Source: Candidatus Poribacteria bacterium
GTDB lineage: Bacteria; Poribacteria; WGA-4E; PCPOR2b
NCBI GenBank assembly: GCA_965116925.1
Contig: OZ220744.1
Span: forward strand, 4,544,001 to 4,608,000
DNA: 64,000 nt
Reading direction: 5' to 3'
Part shown: one piece after another, positions 59,768 to 64,000 of the stretch
Layout: the number at the start of each line of letters is the position of its first letter
Position numbering within the stretch: the stretch's first letter is position 1
Position numbers and translations under genes: made by a program
The notes under the pieces: generated by a model
The model's database searches: none
The model's input: only the letters and a program-made list of their open reading frames with translations
What the model was told of the DNA's origin: nothing

Positions 59768-61309
59768 CTATTTGATGATTATCATCTTCTTCGTCGTGGC
59801 AAAATCGCCTGCTTGTAGGTGATAGAAATAGATGCCGCTGGACACAGGTTCGCCTGTATCGTTACGACCATTCCAGTAAATCGCTCTCTCTTTTGACGTA
59901 TATATAGCGGCGGGTTGATGTCCGACGTCGAATGTACGGACAACGTAACCTGTCAAATCAGAGATAGTCAAAGTGACGAAGGCGTCTTCTGCCAACTGAT
60001 ACGGGATCCATGTCTCGGGATTGAACGGATTTGGGAAGTTTTGGTACAGAGCATTTCTGCGTATCTGTCCCCACAAGACAACCTGCTTCCCCAAGGGTTC
60101 GACTGGAAGTGCCAAATCAAAGGCATTATAGATATAGGCTGCACCCGTACCGCCATTTTTCAAGCTGGAACCAGTGATGCCATGATTGGCACTGAGGGAG
60201 ACGGAAACGCCGAATCTCTCGCTTGCCTCTACGTCGCTAGCAATCAGCTTCGCCCTTTCAACCCAAGCGTTACCCTTACGCAAAAAGGAATAGACCGCGC
60301 CGGAGTTGCTTCCTTTAGCATCGTGCCGGTACGATCCCACGAGAGCACCAATATTTCCGGTGGCTCCATTGATGGAGACGGAAATTCCGAAGTCGTCCTT
60401 TGGTTGCCCATCGCTGGCTGTAAGTTTCGCCTCTTCTTTCCATTTGTCTCCGTCGCGCACAAAGACATACGCCGCACCAGTACCTTTATTGTGCCCATAC
60501 GCCCCGACAATAGCGTACCTTCCACTGAGGTCAACGGAAAATCCAAATTCGGCGTTCCTCGCCCCGTCGCTGGCAACGAGCTTCGCTTCCTGTGTCCAAA
60601 GCTGCCTGACGCGCTTGTAGACATACACCGAACCGGACCGATTTCCTTTATCATCGTCCCAAAGAGCTCCGATGATAGCGTGGTCCCCGTCGATGGCGAC
60701 AGCAGAACCAAAGATGTCCCCTCCCTCCGCGTCGCGGGGTGTAAATTTTTGTTGCTCTACCCATTTGTCCTTAACGCGTACGTAGACAAACACCGAGCCG
60801 GAGTCAGCTCCTTTATCGTTGTCTTGGGGTACTCCGGCAATGGCGGTGTCCCCGCTGATGTCGACAGAAAAAGCGAAACTGTCATTTGCTTCCCCATCGT
60901 CGGGATCGAGTTTACCGTGTTCTTTCCAATTTTTTCCATCGCGCTGGTAGATATAGGCTGAACCTGACCATATATCATCGTGATGAGAACTGACGATCGC
61001 CCAGTCGCCATCGATGGATACAGAACGACCGAAGAAGTCGCCTCCCGCTCCATCTTTGGCAGTGAGTTTCGCCTGCTGAGCCCAAACCCCTCCATCGAGG
61101 AAGAAAATATAGGCTGAACCAGACCGGTCTCCGTCATCATCGTTACCCGGGGCACCGACAATGGCGTAGTTTCCGCTGATGGAGACAGACGTGCTGAAAT
61201 TGTCATCCGCCGCAGCATCACCGGCGGTCAGTTTGACTTCTTCGGCGTGGATTCCGGTTGCTTGACACATCGCCAACATTACAACAAACAGGATCGGTAC
61301 TTTTTTCAT
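59768..61309 (-). CDS. Secreted FG-GAP (integrin-like) repeat propeller protein with C-terminal FlgD-Ig-like domain
   Basis: Signal peptide; seven FGxSVxIxGxxAIVGA...GxAYxF repeats; QNFPNPFNPETWIPY...SSGIYFYHL..KMIIIK. Confidence 0.88.
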   Translation of the reverse strand: MKKVPILFVVMLAMCQATGIHAEEVKLTAGDAAADDNFSTSVSISGNYAIVGAPGNDDDGDRSGSAYIFFLDGGVWAQQAKLTAKDGAGGDFFGRSVSIDGDWAIVSSHHDDIWSGSAYIYQRDGKNWKEHGKLDPDDGEANDSFAFSVDISGDTAIAGVPQDNDKGADSGSVFVYVRVKDKWVEQQKFTPRDAEGGDIFGSAVAIDGDHAIIGALWDDDKGNRSGSVYVYKRVRQLWTQEAKLVASDGARNAEFGFSVDLSGRYAIVGAYGHNKGTGAAYVFVRDGDKWKEEAKLTASDGQPKDDFGISVSINGATGNIGALVGSYRHDAKGSNSGAVYSFLRKGNAWVERAKLIASDVEASERFGVSVSLSANHGITGSSLKNGGTGAAYIYNAFDLALPVEPLGKQVVLWGQIRRNALYQNFPNPFNPETWIPYQLAEDAFVTLTISDLTGYVVRTFDVGHQPAAIYTSKERAIYWNGRNDTGEPVSSGIYFYHLQAGDFATTKKMIIIK

Positions 61310-61542
61310 GATTGTTTTCCTTTGGCTTTTTTCCTCACCTTGGATAGGTCAGAGAGTTGCGGTCAGTTTGCAGGGATATACGAATGAGTGGTTGAGCAAA
61401 TAAACGGATCTAAGCCTTCAGAGTTTTGTGAATTTCCTTAGGCTGAACGAGGTAAAATCAGGACTGGTTGGGACAATTCAGATGGCGGATTGCTGAAGTG
61501 AAATTGATGCAACAGCAATCTCTTTATAGATTTCGACCCTTC

Positions 61543-63093
61543 TCACCTTCCACTTTTTTCATGGTCAGCGAGAACTGCATGTGCGGCGTTGTGCCCGGGT
61601 GCGCCACTTACTTCGCCCCCCGGATGCGTTCCGGCACCGCACATATACATTCCCTCAATCGGTGTGCGATAGCCACCACGTGCGAACAACCTGTCACCCA
61701 GTAATTGCCCGGGGACATGACTCGTGTGATGAATATTGCCGTCAGTCAAGTATACCCGACGCTCCAGATCCATCGGCGTATACACTAGCCAATCAATGAT
61801 AGATTTACGGAAGTTTGGCGCGTATTCGGTCAGTACGTCAATTAGCCGGTTGCCTTCTTGCTCACGCAGTTGGTCCCATGTCCCGTCTTTCGGCTTAACC
61901 GGCTCATATCGTACCCACATCGAAACGATGTGAGTATCTTCTGGTGCTACGGTTCGATCATAGACAGTTGGAATCTGAACATCAATGATTGGGTAACGCG
62001 TGGGGCGCCCTTCCATCGCGTCCTGTGCCGATTTTCGATAGTAGTCGGTGGATGGACAGATGCGTATTGAAGCAACATAGCGTGGGTCGTAATCGGGTCC
62101 GAGGTGCCGACTAAAGTCAGGCAGTTCACTGACTGCTGCGTGAAATTTCAACGTACCAAAGTCAGTGTCTAGTTCGGTGACTGCTTGGACAACACTGGGT
62201 TCTAAATGTTCAGCACCGACTAACCCTAGGAACGTTCGCTTAGGATCTGCATTGGAAAGGACTAACTTGCTGTGTAACACCTGTCCATCGGTCAACTCCA
62301 CACCTTGTGCCTGCCCATTCTCGATCAGAATTCGCTTGACTTCTGCACCCAGACGAATCTTTGCGCCGAAGCTCTGCGCCGCTCGTGCCATCGCTGTGGT
62401 AAGCGTTCCCATTCCGCCGGTAGCCAAGCCGAGATTGTGTGGGGCAGCCAGCAGGTTCGGTTTAATCGAAGCGTAGCCGAACAACACACCCGGCTCATCC
62501 ATGTTCTTCATGTCTAGCGTGTGCATGACCGAAGCCTTCACTTCGTCCGTCTCGAACATTTCGTCGAGCAATTCGGTAAGCGTCCCGTTGAGCAGGCGGT
62601 CAAGTAACGCTTCGTTCCCGGTACTGCTGACGCGCTCGCACAACTCGGCGACCGTCGGCGGCTCAGTGAGGAAGTATTCATTGAATAGCCCACCCGCCCG
62701 TTTCCAAAAGTTGATCCATTTGCGGTAGCCAACGGCATCTCGCTCGGAGAATTTCTCTATCTCCCGGCAGGTACGCTCGGTATCCCCCCAATGCAGCAGA
62801 TAACGATTATCAGGCAATGGAAAAAATCGCTCTGGATCAAGTGCCTGTACGCGATAGCCGTGCTTATAGAGGTCCAAGTCGCGTACAATCTTGTCCTGTA
62901 AAATGTGAACGATAAACGAACAGGTAGAGATGTGATAGCCGGGAAAAATTTCCTCAGTCGTGCAGGCACCACCCACCACGTGCCGCCGTTCCAAGACCAG
63001 TACTTCCAACCCGGCTCGTGCGAGGTAGGCTGCAGCAACCAACCCATTGTGTCCCCCACCAACAATAATGGCATCGTATGGAGCTATGTTCAT
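61543..63093 (-). CDS. Phytoene desaturase-like FAD-dependent oxidoreductase
   Basis: VGGGHNGL, LERRHVVGGAC, GGMG, CGAGTHPGGEVSGAPGHNAA; start after GGGAGG. Confidence 0.88.
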   Translation of the reverse strand: MNIAPYDAIIVGGGHNGLVAAAYLARAGLEVLVLERRHVVGGACTTEEIFPGYHISTCSFIVHILQDKIVRDLDLYKHGYRVQALDPERFFPLPDNRYLLHWGDTERTCREIEKFSERDAVGYRKWINFWKRAGGLFNEYFLTEPPTVAELCERVSSTGNEALLDRLLNGTLTELLDEMFETDEVKASVMHTLDMKNMDEPGVLFGYASIKPNLLAAPHNLGLATGGMGTLTTAMARAAQSFGAKIRLGAEVKRILIENGQAQGVELTDGQVLHSKLVLSNADPKRTFLGLVGAEHLEPSVVQAVTELDTDFGTLKFHAAVSELPDFSRHLGPDYDPRYVASIRICPSTDYYRKSAQDAMEGRPTRYPIIDVQIPTVYDRTVAPEDTHIVSMWVRYEPVKPKDGTWDQLREQEGNRLIDVLTEYAPNFRKSIIDWLVYTPMDLERRVYLTDGNIHHTSHVPGQLLGDRLFARGGYRTPIEGMYMCGAGTHPGGEVSGAPGHNAAHAVLADHEKSGR

Positions 63094-63152
63094 TGGGATG
63101 GTTACCTCCCCGGTCGATTCTCTGACCGTGGATTTCACTCCGAAGTCAAGGA

Positions 63153-64000
63153 TTACGCCTCCGCATATACTACACCTTCAATGTCGCGTGTCTCCGAGCC
63201 TTGGTCGCCTCCCCAAGACATGAAGTAGAAAATCATAAAACGGTCATCATTCAGTGGGATAATGCTAGAATAGCCGCCGATTGTACGACCGACGGTTACC
63301 GGCTCGTGGACAGAGCGGGTTGACCATACTAGTGTGGGTGAGTTGCGCCATGTGCCGTTCCAGTCGCCTTCGTGGGAGTAGTCACTAAATCCAACGCCGC
63401 ACCAGCCTTGATCCAGATCGCCAACCCAGCGGTATGAGCAGAGTAGTGTGCCTTTACGGGTGAGAAATAGTGTGGGTGAATGTCCATAGATGGGATACAT
63501 GGTCAGTTCCAAATCGGACCATGTGCGTCCTTTGTCTTCTGAGAAGGTCCAGTAGAGGGGCATCATACCGTGCCCCGCGGGGGAGTCGTCACTTGCAACC
63601 ATTGCCATCAGTCTGCCATCGGGTAGTTCGATCAGCTCGTTTTGAGCGATGACACCGCGGCAGAGAACGACGCCTTCATCCCAAGTGCGACCACCGTCAA
63701 CTGACCGTAGCTGCGCACTTGCTGCAACCCGTTCGCCTCGAAGGCGTCCCCACACCGGCATGAGCAATGTGCCATCGGATAACTCGCGGATTTTACCGTA
63801 GGTGTGCACGTCGGACCAATCAAAGTTAGCAATCCCGTCTCCGACAAGCTCAGGTTCGGACCAAGATTCGCCGGCGTCTGTAGATCGGCATAGATATATG
63901 CCCTGATGAGGACCTCCTATGCCAGAGATGGGTAACAATATCGTTCCGTCGTTAAGCTCCGCCATGCCGTGATAAGCGAGAAATGAGGTTGGATGGTCAG
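63153..64000 (-). CDS. BNR/Asp-box sialidase-like protein, 5' end beyond the window
   Basis: STDAGESW, SVDGGRTW, SEDKGRTW; frame stays open to the window edge. Confidence 0.78.
   Translation of the reverse strand, partial: DHPTSFLAYHGMAELNDGTILLPISGIGGPHQGIYLCRSTDAGESWSEPELVGDGIANFDWSDVHTYGKIRELSDGTLLMPVWGRLRGERVAASAQLRSVDGGRTWDEGVVLCRGVIAQNELIELPDGRLMAMVASDDSPAGHGMMPLYWTFSEDKGRTWSDLELTMYPIYGHSPTLFLTRKGTLLCSYRWVGDLDQGWCGVGFSDYSHEGDWNGTWRNSPTLVWSTRSVHEPVTVGRTIGGYSSIIPLNDDRFMIFYFMSWGGDQGSETRDIEGVVYAEA

Noticed and set aside
59915..60961. 348-aa plus-strand ORF (similarly 18708-19565)
   Set aside because: Antisense shadows of well-supported minus-strand genes.
1..64000. tRNA, rRNA, prophage or integrase genes
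   Set aside because: None recognised by eye; a covariance-model scan would be needed to exclude small RNAs.

Overview
A 64-kb bacterial chromosomal window, most likely from Candidatus Poribacteria or a relative. That assignment is an inference from the LamG proteins with a C-terminal 'V.P...LTTTWGQIK' motif, several PhyH dioxygenases, Gfo/Idh/MocA and BNR-repeat proteins, and two DUF6785-like membrane proteins. Most of the window is catabolic or housekeeping genes. Main points: (1) an unannotated 33-codon leader peptide with the run HHWHWWWH, plus a sigma70 promoter and an intrinsic terminator, lies directly upstream of a mixed hisI-trpE-MTase-trpG operon and looks like a dual His+Trp transcription attenuator. 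(2) A type I R-M locus (hsdR-fic-hsdS...hsdM) encloses a C5-methyltransferase plus GHKL-ATPase/nuclease pair, preceded by a promoter-led, highly repetitive 660-bp non-coding region. (3) An apparently intact IS630 element co-occurs with four MITEs whose ends resemble its termini and which carry GTAG-type REP hairpins; two further MITE families and many REP-like palindromes are also present. (4) There are two internal deletions (aroF; the toxin partner of a DUF433 gene). (5) A recently expanded LamG cluster has variable loops. No rRNA, tRNA or CRISPR array was recognised. All product calls come from motif recognition by eye; no database search was run.
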